Shown: piece after piece, positions 39,657-53,334 of the stretch
Numbering within the stretch: the first letter of the stretch is position 1
How the letters are laid out: the number at the start of each line of letters is the position of its first letter
DNA from: Octopus vulgaris
Lineage: Eukaryota
Reading direction: 5' to 3'
Length of the DNA: 64,000 nt
NCBI GenBank assembly: GCA_951406725.2
Contig: OX597817.1
Span: 119,846,001-119,910,000, forward strand
Notes under the pieces: model-generated
Told to the model about the DNA's origin: nothing
What the model saw: the letters and a program-made list of their open reading frames with translations, nothing else
The model's database searches: none
Translations under genes and position numbers: made by a program

Positions 39657-40920
39657 CTTCTAGTTTACTTGAGCTATTTTTGTTGAAGTATAGAAATGTG
39701 TAACAAATGCCATTTCATGCAGAGTTGGAAAAAATACATTCATTGAATATTTCAGAATTAATAAGCTATAATCATGATCTAAACTAAAAAAAAAATAAAA
39801 TAAAAAAAAACCTGAAGCCAGAAGTAAATGGTAATCGAAACTTGTAACATATATGGATATACACATTGTAATGAGGATATGTAGCTGTGATATTCATATA
39901 ACGCAATAAATAGCTGACAGCTAGAAAACTCATAGCAATTGTTAATCTCTTGTTGCACATGCCTAATAAGTATTCTTTCTTCAAGTTAGAAAGATTTCCA
40001 TCAAATACATTAATAGAAACTTTAACTTCTTTATTCTGGCAACTGATCATAAACCATTTTAATAAATGAAGCTGCCATGTTAATCTGCTTTCTAATGCTT
40101 ATATGTTGTAATAAATGGTACTGCCTATGTAAAACTTGCTTTATTTCTTGCTTTTGATAAAGTGCTCTACATAAGCTCTCAGCCATTTATTAGATTTTGC
40201 AATTGAACAGTTTGCCAGTGTGTATATTCGGTTGTAATTAGAAGTCTGTTATTTGGATAAGCAGCTTATAAGAAAAGGTCCTAAATAGGATGAGCCTTGT
40301 GTTCAACCTCTCTCCATATATAGTCAGTCAACTTAATCATATTGGAAACAGATTTGCTTACATGAAGTATATTTTTGTTGTTTTGAATGTGGTAAGAAGC
40401 GTCTACATATTTCTTCAACTTTCTCTGTTTTTCTTCATTTTCGGACATGTTCTAATAAAGACATTTAGGTATCCATTCCATCTCAGATATAATATATGTA
40501 CAAGCATTATAAAGCTTCTTATTATTGCTGATATTACAGTCTAGCTTGTCTCATTAATCCAATGCAATTAACCTTCTTGTTACACAATGACATAGTGTAC
40601 AACCCTTGCAAGATTGATTTGAAATAAACAACCAAACCTTTATGAAGAGATTCCCTGTTGAAGTGGACGAATAGATTACTATTTGTTCTTCTCAGATGGA
40701 AATCAAAAAGCAAATATAGCTGTTCAATTTCGGATATTTAAAACAGAAATTAATATGTGCATATACACTAACAAATATTTATCAAATTATTGAAAGCTTT
40801 TCCACAAGAGGATGTTAGTATAAAGATATAATCCATGAGTCTCATAAAAAAAGACCAAGAAGCAAGTATTGAGCTTTGCAATCCAACATCAAAGGAATAC
40901 TATCAACTCTGACAGTAATC
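39657..40920 (-). pseudogene. Large pseudo-exon: MFHAS1-like Roc-COR
   Basis: tttccag| acceptor and AAG|gtcata donor. Colinear motifs KAQYLLLG, VNCIGL/DKL, ILHVS..NMIKLTDYIWREVEHK, IGSTIYYNI*ALE, EYLLG, IHICYKFRLPFTSGF and SA*NGI follow the MFHAS1 order. Confidence 0.6.
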
Positions 40921-41513
40921 CTGGAAATATGTTTGTCAGAATATAAAAAGCAGACAGTATATATCTAAATAGTTATATGTTGCTTTCTAGAAGAGTATAA
41001 GTATATTCTAATACTGTATCTCAGGAGATCTATTTACTGGTGGAAAAGTGTGTTAATTCATTGTTTACCTAATAATTATTAGTTTTGATTTAAGTTACCC
41101 CAAAATAAGAAAGAAAAAAATATTTACCATTCCAGAACATAATTTAAAAACAGTTCCTAAGTCAGTTATTATTCCAATTTTTATTTATTAATTTCTTCTC
41201 ATTCTTTATTTATTTTTTTTTTTGCAAACTTAATATCCATAAATATTAATAAGTAATGAAATTATTAATTGGTTCTTCATCACCATAAACAAACTAAAAT
41301 AATTAGTGGAAAATATAATTACAATGATTAACCGAATACTCTCTTTCTTAATATATATTGTGTGTGAGTATATGAATGCATTTGTGAATGCAGATGTGTG
41401 TGCATTATAATATCACGAGTGTTTAACACATATGGGTGTATCTTATACAGTGAATAAGCATTATTTGATGTAGAACTTCATACAAAATGTAAAGTAAATA
41501 CATAAACTTTTAT

Positions 41514-41680
41514 ACCTATTTCTTTACTACTCACAGAGAGGACAAACAAGGACAGACACATGGATTAAGTCGATTATATTGACCCCAGTGCGTAACTGGT
41601 ACTTATTTAATTGACCTCGAAAGGATGAAAGGCAAAGTCAACCTCAGCGGAATTTGAACTCAGAACGTAGCGGCAGACGA
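41514..41680 (-). mobile_element. Nin/Deu SINE, 5'-truncated
   Basis: gaccccagtgcgtaactggtacttattt...ggcaaagtcaacctcagcggaatttgaactcagaacg. Confidence 0.85.
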
Positions 41681-41894
41681 TTAAACTTTTTTATACCATA
41701 AGGGGTGACAGCTATGTATGACTTTTGTGGAAACTGAAGCTTTTTTCATATATATTTTTCACAAAGGGTTCAGCAAAATTTCTTGCTGTAAAAGGTATTG
41801 GGACATATGTTGTATATATGCGAGATATATGAATGAATGTATACATGTATGAGTGTCTGTATGTGTTCTGTTTGTATGTGATGCATATGAATGA

Positions 41895-41929
<35 letters not shown>

Positions 41930-42254
41930 TGCACACAGTGTCTGTGATTGCAATGGTTCTATGTTGTATGTGAGTAGATACAGAGGTACAATGCTTGTAG
42001 AGCGTGGAAGAGATTATAATGAGGATGCTTGAAAATAATTTTTAGTTTAATTCATAGTATTCCCAAAGACTATAGTTAGGTTTCTTGCTACAAGACTATG
42101 GTGGTAGATGTTAGGTGAGATGGAAGTGAGGTTGTTTTCCTTGGTCAGTTGTTAAGTTTAGCTAATAATGAGTAGTACTGATAAAGAAATGGATATGGTA
42201 CACACACATGATGTATGAATGTGTATCTCCAAGTGTCTGTGTGTGCATGCACAC

Positions 42255-42263
42255 ATACATACT

Positions 42264-42317
<54 letters not shown>

Positions 42318-42374
42318 TATATATACACACACACATATATATATATAACACACACATATATATATATAACACAC

Positions 42375-42432
<58 letters not shown>

Positions 42433-42439
42433 TACACAC

Positions 42440-42471
<32 letters not shown>

Positions 42472-42472
42472 C
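42255..42472. repeat. (TA)n/(CA)n microsatellite
   Basis: Direct reading. Confidence 0.95.
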
Positions 42473-43506
42473 TGACATATACAGTTTATATACTTGTAAA
42501 CACACACAAGCAAACACTAATTTTTATAAGACAAATTAGGAATTTCCTTGCAAAAAGATTATGTAGATATAAAGTTGCTAGAGGGCATTTTCTCTTAAGT
42601 AACATCATTTTGTTTGTTTTATTTAACATAAAATACACTTTTTTTTTTATAAGTGAATGAATAAGAAATTTTCTATTTTATAAGTGAGAAGCAAAATTGC
42701 TTTCTGAGGATTAATTATGGTTAATATCTAAACAAGGAACACTATACAACAGGAAAATCTCTATTGTACTTTCTCTTGGAAATATAAGAAATCAGCCTAA
42801 GGAACTGGAAATGAGTGTTTACAGGAAACTACAATTTTATACTAGATTCAAATATGAATGAGAAAGTATGTTTCAGAGCGATACATTTTGAATTATATAT
42901 ATATATATATATATTATCATCATCATCATCATCATTTAACATCCGTAGTCCATGCTGGCATGGGTTGGATGGTTTGACCAGGGCTGGCAAGCTGGATGGC
43001 TGTACCAAACTCTAGTATGGTTTCTATGGCTGGATGCCCCTCCTAACGCCATATATATTAATTGTCTTAAAGCTGGTGACATGGTTATGATAATGGTTCT
43101 TAAATGAATCAGCCATCTGCCCAATGTATACCTATTTTGTATGGCGACTGAAGGAGGATAAAATGAAGTACAGCATAAGAATGTAGAAGTTAATGAGCTG
43201 TGTCCATTTATCACCCAATGAGATACATCTGCACAGCTGGATGCTCGTGAACCAGTTGTTGAGTGTCCCACCCCTGAGGGAATCAATGCTTGATGTGAGG
43301 AAACAATTATCATGATTAATAATAAATTCATTTGAATTAATTGCGCATTAAAATTATTCAAATTTTAGAAAGATATATAATGCCTATGTCATTTAAAAGA
43401 GAAAGAAAATTCCACATAAACTGTAAAAAGTAAGATAATTTTATACAGTTTTGTTAGAAATAAATTAATGAAGGAATAGAGCTGCCATCTTACACTTATT
43501 TTGGCC

Positions 43507-43697
43507 ATCATCATCATCATCGTTTAACGTCCGTTTTCCATGCTAGCATGGGTTGGATGGTTCAGCTGGGATCTGGGAAGCCAGAAGGCTGCGCCAGGCC
43601 CAGTCTGATCTCGCAGTGTTTCCACAGCTGGATGCCCTTCCTAACGCCAACCACTCTGTGAGTGTAGTGGGTGCTTTTTACATGCCACCTGCCAGTG
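43507..43697 (-). mobile_element. Family C RTE-derived element
   Basis: (CAT)n tail, gtttaacgtccgttttccatgctagcatggg, ctggatgcccttcctaacgccaacc. Confidence 0.85.
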
Positions 43698-43949
43698 TAT
43701 ATATATATATATATACACTCACATATATATGCATATATACACATATATATACATATATAAATATGCATACATAAATCTATATACATATATACATACAAAT
43801 ATATATGCATACATACATATATATATATATATATAATATACATACATATATACATATATATACATACATATATACATACATATATACATATATATATACA
43901 TACATATATACATATATATACATACATATATATATACATACATATATAT

Positions 43950-43994
<45 letters not shown>

Positions 43995-44195
43995 CATATA
44001 TATATACATACATATATATATATATATACATACATATATATATATACATACATACATATATATATATATATACATACATATATACATATATATATATATA
44101 CATATATATGTATATATATACATGTATATATACGTATATATATATATACACACACATATATATACATATATACACACACACACACACATATATAT
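43698..44195. repeat. Compound (TA)/(TACA) microsatellite, ~500 bp
   Basis: Direct reading; produces the long Y/I/H/T ORFs. Confidence 0.95.
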
Positions 44196-45149
44196 GTATT
44201 AGGAAGTCAAATGGTATGGAAGGTCATAGAGTGACCATTAGTTTCACACCTATAAAGCTCTTAGCATATAAGGTGATCCATCAGATTCAAATGGCTGAAG
44301 CCACGTATCTTCCTCCATGCATAAATACATACATACACATGTATACACCTACATATATATATATATATATACACACGTATATATAAATACATATATTAAT
44401 ACATATATATACATACACACACATATATATATATATACATAAATACGTACATATACATACACACATATACATATAAACCCACACAAATACATACATATAT
44501 GCATATACCCACCTTTTTACAGACACTCATAAATACATATTCAACTATATACACATGCATATGTATACATTAATATTTCAATGAACACTGTACATGTAGT
44601 ATTGAAAATGCTGTGTTAAATGAAACAGCACAGTGTGGTGTCATTAAAACATACAATAAACAGAGCTATGGGCTGGAGTATCTATTTTCATGAGCGATAT
44701 ATCATGTGATTAACATTGCCTGCCTAATGACTGAAACATCCAGAGACTTGCTGTCGCACCCTTCAAGCACTTGTTCACTTTAAATAACCTCACACAATAT
44801 GGTGCTAAACACTGTAATATCAATTTATTGCGAAATATAAAAAAAAACAAAGTTCAATTAATTTATATCTAATATCATTATGAAATTTTGATGCAGGTTA
44901 AATTAATCAACTCTAGTCACAAGTACACTGACCTGCTCACCATTAATTCAGTCGAAAAGCAACTGTGAAATGTTGTAGAATATGCTACAACAAAACTGTG
45001 GATTCAGGATGCGAGTATTTCTTGCACATTAGTCATATTCATAAAATACAACATTATCTATCTTTTTGGGAACCTTTTATCATGTAGCAATTCATAGTAG
45101 CAGGATATCATGTCCAAGGCATCTTGCTTCCAGGCTCAGAATTCGTTTC

Positions 45150-45740
45150 TGTTTCCTCATGTGCACTTTCAATCAGGGACTTGCTCAATAATCTGATCCA
45201 TAATTTTCATAATCTTGGTGAAGCTATCAGTGAGGAATTCGGTTGTTAGAATTTTGTCTGGCATTACTGGCACTACAGTATAATGCATGCTCATTATGGA
45301 TGTAGTGCTCCATTAACTCATGCAACTCTTTTACAGATAAATTCTTACCATCAGACTTGAGTAATTCCTCCAAATCTTACACACTATAATTATTCTTTTT
45401 ATGAGCCTGCTCAATAATGTCTCTAATGACAGCTGGTGCTAGTCTTTGTCAAATTCTAGATAATCATTCCATGCTTCTGCCTTCACTTCTTCTTAACTTT
45501 AAGAACTAAAGTTCTTGGCATTTTTATCTCAGGATACTATGATAATATCCATGGCTCTCATAATCTACTAGTTTTCCTATAGTCTCTAAATATTGTTTTG
45601 TCACAGCCATCTGTTTCTTCAATAAGTTGTTTGAAAATGTGATGAAGGTAATGGCTTTTATATTAGAAACTACACACTGGTCCATGGGTTAGAGTAAGGA
45701 AGTAGTATTTAGTGGTAGGTAAACTACTTCAGCAGGAAGT
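45150..45740 (-). mobile_element. pogo/Tigger DDE transposase relic
   Basis: EVVYLPLNTTSLL*PMDQCVVSNIK resembles the FLPPNTTSLLQPMDQGVI motif; boundaries approximate. Confidence 0.75.
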
Positions 45741-48109
45741 CCAATTTGAAGAGTTTTGACATTCTAAGAATGGCCTGAAGCACTATCAATTGCTGACAAT
45801 ATGAGAGAGTATTGGAAGAAAGCTGTTACAGAATTTTAGGAGGACAGACTCGACATCTCTCATGAAGTGAAGAAAGCAAAATATTAGAAATGGTTCATAA
45901 GGCTTTTGTCAAAGGATGGCACACAGTATCATTCCCCATTGAAATTAGCTGCTGTGGTTTTCCAGCAAGGGCAGTGCGCTATTTCCTGCAGAAGATTGGT
46001 TTGCAATCCTAGCAATGGAAGAAAGTCAACATGGAGACAGCCATGGTAGATGAAACCATTTCAAGTTTATTGCAGTTGTCAAGTGATCACAGAATACAGT
46101 ACTCTTCTGCAATCAAACGTTAATTTTGATTTTTGCCGTCTCACTCAGGTGAAGCATACAAGTCAAGAGATAAAATGCTAGCAATATTGAGATGCCCGTT
46201 GAAGATATGGAAGGGTTTCCAACACTGCAATAGCTTAACTCACCATTAGAAGAAGAACTTACAATATGTTTAAATAGCTACAGCAGTTTTTGCACAAAGC
46301 AATGCAAAGTATTTGATGTTTATTTCATCACTTGTAAAGGAAAACACTTCCATCTTGACTTTTATTTTCTTGAAGAAGAAAACAGTAAACAAAGAATGTA
46401 TTCAACATTCTTGTTAACTTTTATTATCTGTTATTATGCTTTTACACTTCTGCAAATTTCTTCATCAAATTTTTTGCATAACAAATTTTATTCTCACTTC
46501 ACATACAAACATTCTTCACTATGGAACAAAATTGAAGACTTGAAGCAGCAAGATAAAGAATGAGATGATACAGGTAAAAAGGTGCTAAAAGTGTAATGGC
46601 ACATTAATTCAGCTTTTTTAAAAATTTATATGATCTAAAAAGAAAAAATGAATGTTTAAAAACTAAGACAGTTACATACATAACACTTCACTGCAAATGA
46701 ATACATAAGTCACACTGTAAACACACCTGTAATTACATATGCATCATGATGATGTCCATTATAAACACTTGAGTTTAGAAAGATATCTTCTCATACTTTA
46801 TTCACCACAAAATCTTGATGCACACATGTGGAGTGTACATAGTTCAATGGTCAAAAATGACTTTTCTATGACCACGTATCTTCTGTATTTAGATGGTAAA
46901 TTATAAGCTTCTTCCACTTTTATTTTACATTTTTTTCAAAAAGGATAGCCAAGTTATAATATATGCTAAAAACTATAACCTTCCAAAACAACTAAACCAA
47001 GTGATTATTTGTGTGCGTATGTGTGTGTGTGTCTGTGCACACAAGTGATTTTGCTTTCTTGTAATTCACAGTAACACACCTCTGACAAGATTTGCATTCC
47101 AGTTCAATCTATAAAGTTTATGCTTTAAAAATTTTTTTCAGACTAGAAAATTAGAATGATAAAACATAATCTATTTCATCATTGAAGTCTGCCAAAACAG
47201 CTCAAACACAATAGACAGTTTATTGTAACCAGTTCAGTGTCTCACTCTCATAAATTCAATTTACAGCAGGGCCTATTCTTGGGACTTGACAAAAGACAGA
47301 TTTGGTATGTCATGTATTTGTAAAAGTTTATCATCACTGTCACCATCAGCAGCAGAAGCTTCATCATCACTATTATCATCACCTTCATGTTAGAAAAATA
47401 AATTCTGTTCTATTTTAGATGGAGCTCACATTTTATTACATATGCTAGAAGTAAAAATTGATTATGTGTTTGTATCTTTTAAAGAATTCTTTGGAAATAC
47501 TGATGTAAAATTCATCAAAGTATATTTACCATATACTATGTCACATCTTTAACAAAATAAAATAACCAATAGTTAAATAATGTAATAAATTAAATCCCTG
47601 GTTATGGCATAATGTGGGAATGTAGTCAATGCCAATGCAACTAGTGGTGACATATAGTGAGATGGGCTAACTATGAACATTCCTATCCTCATAAAACCAA
47701 AAGACCACAAAGCAATACCAGAACTGTATCCCAAAGAGGGTGAGTACAGGGAAAAACTACAAAATTTAGCATTCAAGATAAATTATCCAGTTGCTACACA
47801 TGTTGCAGTAAATGCTGGTTAAAGGATTTCCACACACATGCATGCATGCATGCACACACACACACACACAAAGAACAAAATCTATGTACAAGACCAATTC
47901 ATGGTGATTTTCAGTCCTCAGGTAACACTAGGTACAATTTATGAATCAGTGAATAAAACTGCTCATTGCTAGAAGTGAACCATGAGATTCAAGAAATCCC
48001 TCTCCAATACTTGAATACTGGGATTGATGTAATCAACTCATCCCCACCACACACACAAAAAAAAAACTGGTGCCTTGCGACCAAATTTGAAACTATTATT
48101 ATCATTATT

Positions 48110-48465
48110 ATTCATTAGTCTTATTTTTATCATGTGCTTTCATTGCACTACTGAGCACAGCTCTGTGTGCCTTGGGTATGTGCTGTGTTTGTTGTGGTGT
48201 TCTTATTTTCACTGTATTAAAAGTGCTTTATGTAGGATGTGTGCAGTGCCTAGTAGTGCTATTTTCTGCATGTTATATACACTTGCAAGTCCTCGGGTTT
48301 GGTTAGCTATTTGTGTGAATGTTGTTTTATCATACCTAATGCCCCTACAGGGTTAAATAAGAATAATTCTTTAAAATGTATAATAGGATTTATTTATGTT
48401 TTTAGGCTTCGCATTCAAGTTACTTCTATTTCTAGATCTTTGTATTTTGAATGTTTCTCTGTTTC
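48110..48465 (-). mobile_element. R4/Dong-clade LINE 3' end (restriction-like endonuclease region)
   Basis: EKHSKYKDLEIEVT*M and MQKIALLGTAHILHKAL; 3' end lies in a (TAA)n-like tract. Confidence 0.8.
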
Positions 48466-48518
48466 TTCTTCTTCTTCTTCTTCTTCTTCTTCTTCTTCTT
48501 CTTCTTCTTCTTCTTCTC
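48463..48518. repeat. (TTC)n microsatellite
   Basis: Direct reading. Confidence 0.95.
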
Positions 48519-48537
48519 CTTATCATTATTATTATTA

Positions 48538-49190
48538 AGGTGATGAGCTGGAAGGATTGTTAGAGTATCAGAAAAACATACTTTGTAGCATTTGTTTTGG
48601 CACTTTACATATGGGGTTCAATTGTTGCCAAGATCAACTTTGCCTTTATTCCTGCCAGGGTCGATAGAGTAAAGGATCAGCCAAGCACTGAGGTTAATTT
48701 AATCAACTAACCATCTCTACCTCTTTTGGCCTTGTCCCAGCATTTTAAAGAATTATTATTACAATTGTTTAGCAGAGTTGTGAGAATGTTATACAAATCT
48801 TCTTGGGGCATTTAGTTAGGGCACATTATATACTGAATCCAAATCTATAGTGAACTTGGCATTTCATCTTTTTAGGGTCGATAAAATAAAGTATCAGTAA
48901 AGTACAGAGGTCAGCTTAAGTGATTCATCCTACTCCCTTCAAGGTTGCTGGCCTTGTGCCAAAATTAAAAAGGAGCATAATTATTATTATAATTATTAAA
49001 TTTGGTAGAACATCAGACAACTTATCTCATAGTATTTAGTTCCCCATCTATACATTCAGATGTCAAATACTACCAAGTTTGTTTTTATCTCATTCAAGTC
49101 AATAAATAAAAATTCTTGTCAACAACTGAAATTGATTCAATTGGTGGTTTGTTTCCTTCACCAAAATGTAAGACTTGTGCCTCCTCAAGA
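48538..49190 (+). mobile_element. Three tandem decayed Nin/Deu SINE copies
   Basis: Repeated gggtcgata(a)a...gta.cag...ggccttgt units separated by (ATT)n. Confidence 0.65.
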
Positions 49191-49599
49191 AATTATTATC
49201 AGTAACTTAAATTCATTATTATACATGTCTACTTTTAATCTTCCTAGCATCAAACATCTTTCTTCTATATTACATTGATGAAAAATATAAATATTTAAAT
49301 ATCAAAAGATAATTACTTAATACTTCAGAGAATTTTGTTCAAGCCTGTAAAACAGATTACAAGGTTTCTGAAAATTTATAAAATTTTAAATTCATATTGA
49401 ATCAAATCAGAATATCAAAAATCGAGGATAAATGACTACTCTCTAAATTTTTGTTAACTTGTATAATATTAATGGTATGACAATGTTAGTTGTGATTTTT
49501 TAAGGCACTTCGTCTTTTAATATAGAATGGAAATCTTTCTCATCAAACATTCCACTATCAAAATTATATTCTTTACTGTTAATAGAACCTTTTAAAATA

Positions 49600-50230
49600 T
49601 TATCATTTTGTTCACTTTTTAAACATCATTTCAAACATAAGTTATTCATCAGCTAACTGAGATTGTGCAGAATCTCTTCAATAATTTTTTTAACTATTGT
49701 AGTGGCAACTAAGAATGCTGGCAAGTTTGGAATAACGATGGTGCAACTTCTCTCATTCTATTTTCTCTTTTGTTTTGGAAAAATACAATTCTCTTGAATT
49801 GCTAAGTCTAGAATCATGTTAATAAATAAAAAGAGAAATTTATTAGAAATTTGAATTCCTGTCAAGAATAAATACAAGAATAAGTATAAAACCCTTATGT
49901 TTTCCTATCCTATTTCAGAACATGTGTGCCAAATCAATTTATCAATTCAGTAATGGAATAATATTTTGCCAACCTATTGCATTTCTAACATTTGCAACAT
50001 TGCCACTTCTGTAAATTGACCTATTCAGAGCCTACAAGTGGTGTTAATATCTCTAAAGATATTTCCTATTACATTTAATGTGAATAAAATCCCCTCTTTT
50101 TAGAACATTCCTGAAATTGTTCCATCTCTGAGGATATTATCCAAGAATTTCTCCAAATACTTTAGGTTATAAACTGGATTAGTGTCTAAAAACCCAAAAG
50201 ACACTGTCATTGTCAATAGATTTACAAATA
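49600..50230 (-). pseudogene. Pseudo-exon: COR-like segment
   Basis: FVNLLTMTV...LEKFLDNILRDGTISGMF (~MFHAS1 LHQYVEGFLLHGLL), then IWHTCSEIG*ENIRVLYLFLYLFLTG (~IEYSFPFTFPLG); splice sites not pinned down. Confidence 0.35.
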
Positions 50231-50375
50231 AAGAATATAAATTAATATTTCAATATTTCATTTCTATATATAAAGAGTATACTCTACTGCTTAGAAATAA
50301 CAGCTTCTATTCTTTTGACAACTATTGAATAGTTTAAATATAGAGATTAGGAATTTAACAATTCAAAATCCAATA

Positions 50376-50858
50376 CTGTAATCCCTTGCCAAATCGTGGT
50401 TTACCTATAATGGGTCACCTATCACGGTTTATTATTTAAGCCTACATCGATTCATCCATGGTGTTGTTCTGCATTAAAAATAAATAAAATAAATATATAC
50501 AAATTATAAGAATAATAAAAAAAATATACAGTACTGTTTCTTATTTCTTTATTGCCCACAAGGGGCTAAACATAGCGGGGACAAACAAGGACAAAGGGAT
50601 TAAGTCGATTACATCGACCCCAGTGCATAACTGGTACTTAATTTATCGACCCCGAAAGGATGAAAGGTGAAGTCGACAGAATTTGAACTCAAACGTAGCA
50701 GCAGGCGAAATTCCACTAAACATTTCGCCTGATGTGCTAGTGTTTCTGCCAGCTCACCACCTCTAAAAAAAAAATACAGTACTGTTTCTACTTAGCAGAT
50801 TTTTCACCTATCGTAGGGGAATTCGAATGTAACATCCGCGATAATCGAGGGATTACTG
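50376..50858. mobile_element. Tigger/pogo-type MITE with nested Nin/Deu SINE (50542-50773)
   Basis: TA-CTGTAATCCCT left end and AGGGATTACTG-TA right end; SINE TSD atacagtactgtttct at 50526-41 and 50774-89. Confidence 0.85.
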
Positions 50859-52747
50859 TAGCAACAAAATATGCTTGAAATTTATGTTCTAAACGTAGTT
50901 CAAGAAAATTACTTATATAAAATATAATAAAACTGATTATGTGAAATCTGAAGATTTTCCAGGAAATGCTAATTCATTCTTAACTCATGATAATTTTAGT
51001 AACTATAGGTTTAATTTTTCATAGCATACTTATCCTAAGTCTATATATAACAAGGCTTTCCACAAATAAGCACTATTGGTGCTCAACTAAGATGATGTTA
51101 CTTTGACTCAATCAAGTGGATTTGCAATAGGTTACAAATATGAAAGGAAATTATATAACTAATTTAATCAAACTCAGTAAATGACAAGAGGTTGTATTGT
51201 TTCAAGTGATTTTAAAGACAAAGCTAACTGGTATGATTGAAATTCACATTATAGGCTTGTGTCAAATACTTTGCTGTTCAACCTATCCCAACATCAGTGA
51301 AATTAATTTTTTACCATTGAATTAAATTACTGAAAAAACTGGATTTTAAGAGAGCCTAATAAAAACTAACCACCACCAAAAATGTCACCAGTTATGTCAT
51401 GCAACATTCCTTCACTCTCATAAAGGCACAGTAATTTTAGGTGTAACAGGAAACATTTTCAAGCTTTTTTTTTACTTATTTTCATAGGTATATCATTTTA
51501 TGATAACTCTAAAAAGGACCTGGAAACAAACAGCGTCAGTGAAAAGTCTAAATGGAGGAAGAATTGGCTGTTTATTATTACAAAAATAACATCTATTGTA
51601 GAGGGAAACTAATGTCAATTATAAAAAGGACAAGGAGATAAGTAGAATACATCTACAAGGAAAAATAAATTGATTCAAGAAACAGTGATTATTCAAAGAG
51701 ACTTGGCTGAAAAATTTAGAATTTTAAGTTTAACTATATGGCATAATGCTAACAAATTTCATAACTGGCTATATAGTTAAAAGGCTCATGCTTAATTGAG
51801 TTTTAGCATGTAATTAAAGGAAAAAAAATCTATATTGTAAGTTTAAAAATTTAGTTTTATTCAAATTTTTCCCTTCCTAATGAATTCCTTTAACAACTAC
51901 ATATAATTCAAAAACATAAAAATCTATATGAAAATATTTACCAATTGTTCCAATAAACACATTCTAGAACAGCTAGAATTTAAACATAAAGCAAACAAAA
52001 GAATTATATAGAAAAACAAGGATTACAGTCCTCAAATATGATTAAAACAATACATATGTTTTAATCAAAAAGTTTATTTTTGTTTCATTATTCAGACACT
52101 GCCTTCAGCTAGTACTGGCGCTAATCATTTATGAATCCTAAATAGACAAAACAAGATCAATTCTATAGAAGTCATGAATTCTAATGACCAATTTGCTTTA
52201 TAAAAATAAGAACCATATAGCTAATCAATAGAAATCAATTATCAGCAATCTCATCAAGTTAGTACAACAAAGACAGACAAAACCAATTCTTACATGTTTA
52301 ACTATCTTACAAAATATTAAGCAAGTGATCTTCTGATATTGTTTTCGAAGTAACATTTTCTTTAGTCAATAATAGTGGTGTAAACATTTGCAGGTAGTTA
52401 CAAGATCAACAACAAAAAAAAAAAAAAAATTCAAAAAGCTACTGTAACTATAACTAACCAATCACCTTTATGATAAGTAGCTCTTATCAACCTGTAAATG
52501 AATATAGATTATCTTAGCTGCCGGTATTTACAAATTAATCAACTACATAAATAATAAAAAAAAAAAATCATCAATTCAGTAGAGCAAATCATTTAAGTAA
52601 GAATATATTCGAATTTAAAATGCAACACCATGTTATATCACTTGTTAATTTGTTCATATACAATTCAAATACTAAAATTTTATATTTTTGAAACGTTTTG
52701 GTGAGAATGTGTAATTCTACAAAGACATTTGCCTTTTACTACCATAG

Positions 52748-52781
<34 letters not shown>

Positions 52782-53121
52782 GTGTCTATAAATATACATG
52801 CACACAATATATATAAATGTATATGCACACATATGCACACAAACATAGTGCTAGTGTGTGTATAGATAGATAAATAGATAGTAAGATATGCCTACATATG
52901 CATACAAATGTGTGAATCTGTGTGTATGCATGTATAAAACACCTGATTTATTACACAAATACTCCATGTGTCAGACAGATAAATAAGTCATTCCAGACTC
53001 AGAGACCTTGTGTATGCAAATATTTAAATCGTTTTATCTAGCTTTCTAGTAAAAAGTATGTTACCAACATATCTGTGTTTAGTAATATCATCATTCTCAA
53101 TCAATTGTAATACTATTAAGT

Positions 53122-53290
53122 ATAGGCATGGTTATGAGTACAGGTGTGGCTGGGAAATTTGCTTCCCAACCCCATGGTTTCTAGTTCAGTCTAACTGTGT
53201 AATACTTTAGTCAAGTATTTTCTACTATAGTCCCATTCAACCAAACCTTTGTGAGTGGATTTTATACATGGAAACTAAAAGAAGCCCACC
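53122..53290 (+). mobile_element. SINE head (family A-like), decayed
   Basis: ccatggtttctagttcagtc...ttgtgagtggatt...ggaaactaaaagaagccc followed by (TA)n. Confidence 0.7.
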
Positions 53291-53326
<36 letters not shown>

Positions 53327-53334
53327 ATATATGG

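Noticed and set aside
43562-44526. Long Y/I/C/V/H/T-rich ORFs (also at 28167-29243, 37267-37585 and 42145-42539)
   Set aside because: They are translations of (TA)n/(CA)n microsatellites.
47573-47776. Hydrophobic minus-strand ORF
   Set aside because: No motif or consistent splice boundaries found.
49980-50180. LRR-like reading (YNLKYLEKFLDN, LFTLNVIGN)
   Set aside because: No periodic repeat; the segment fits the COR motif order better.
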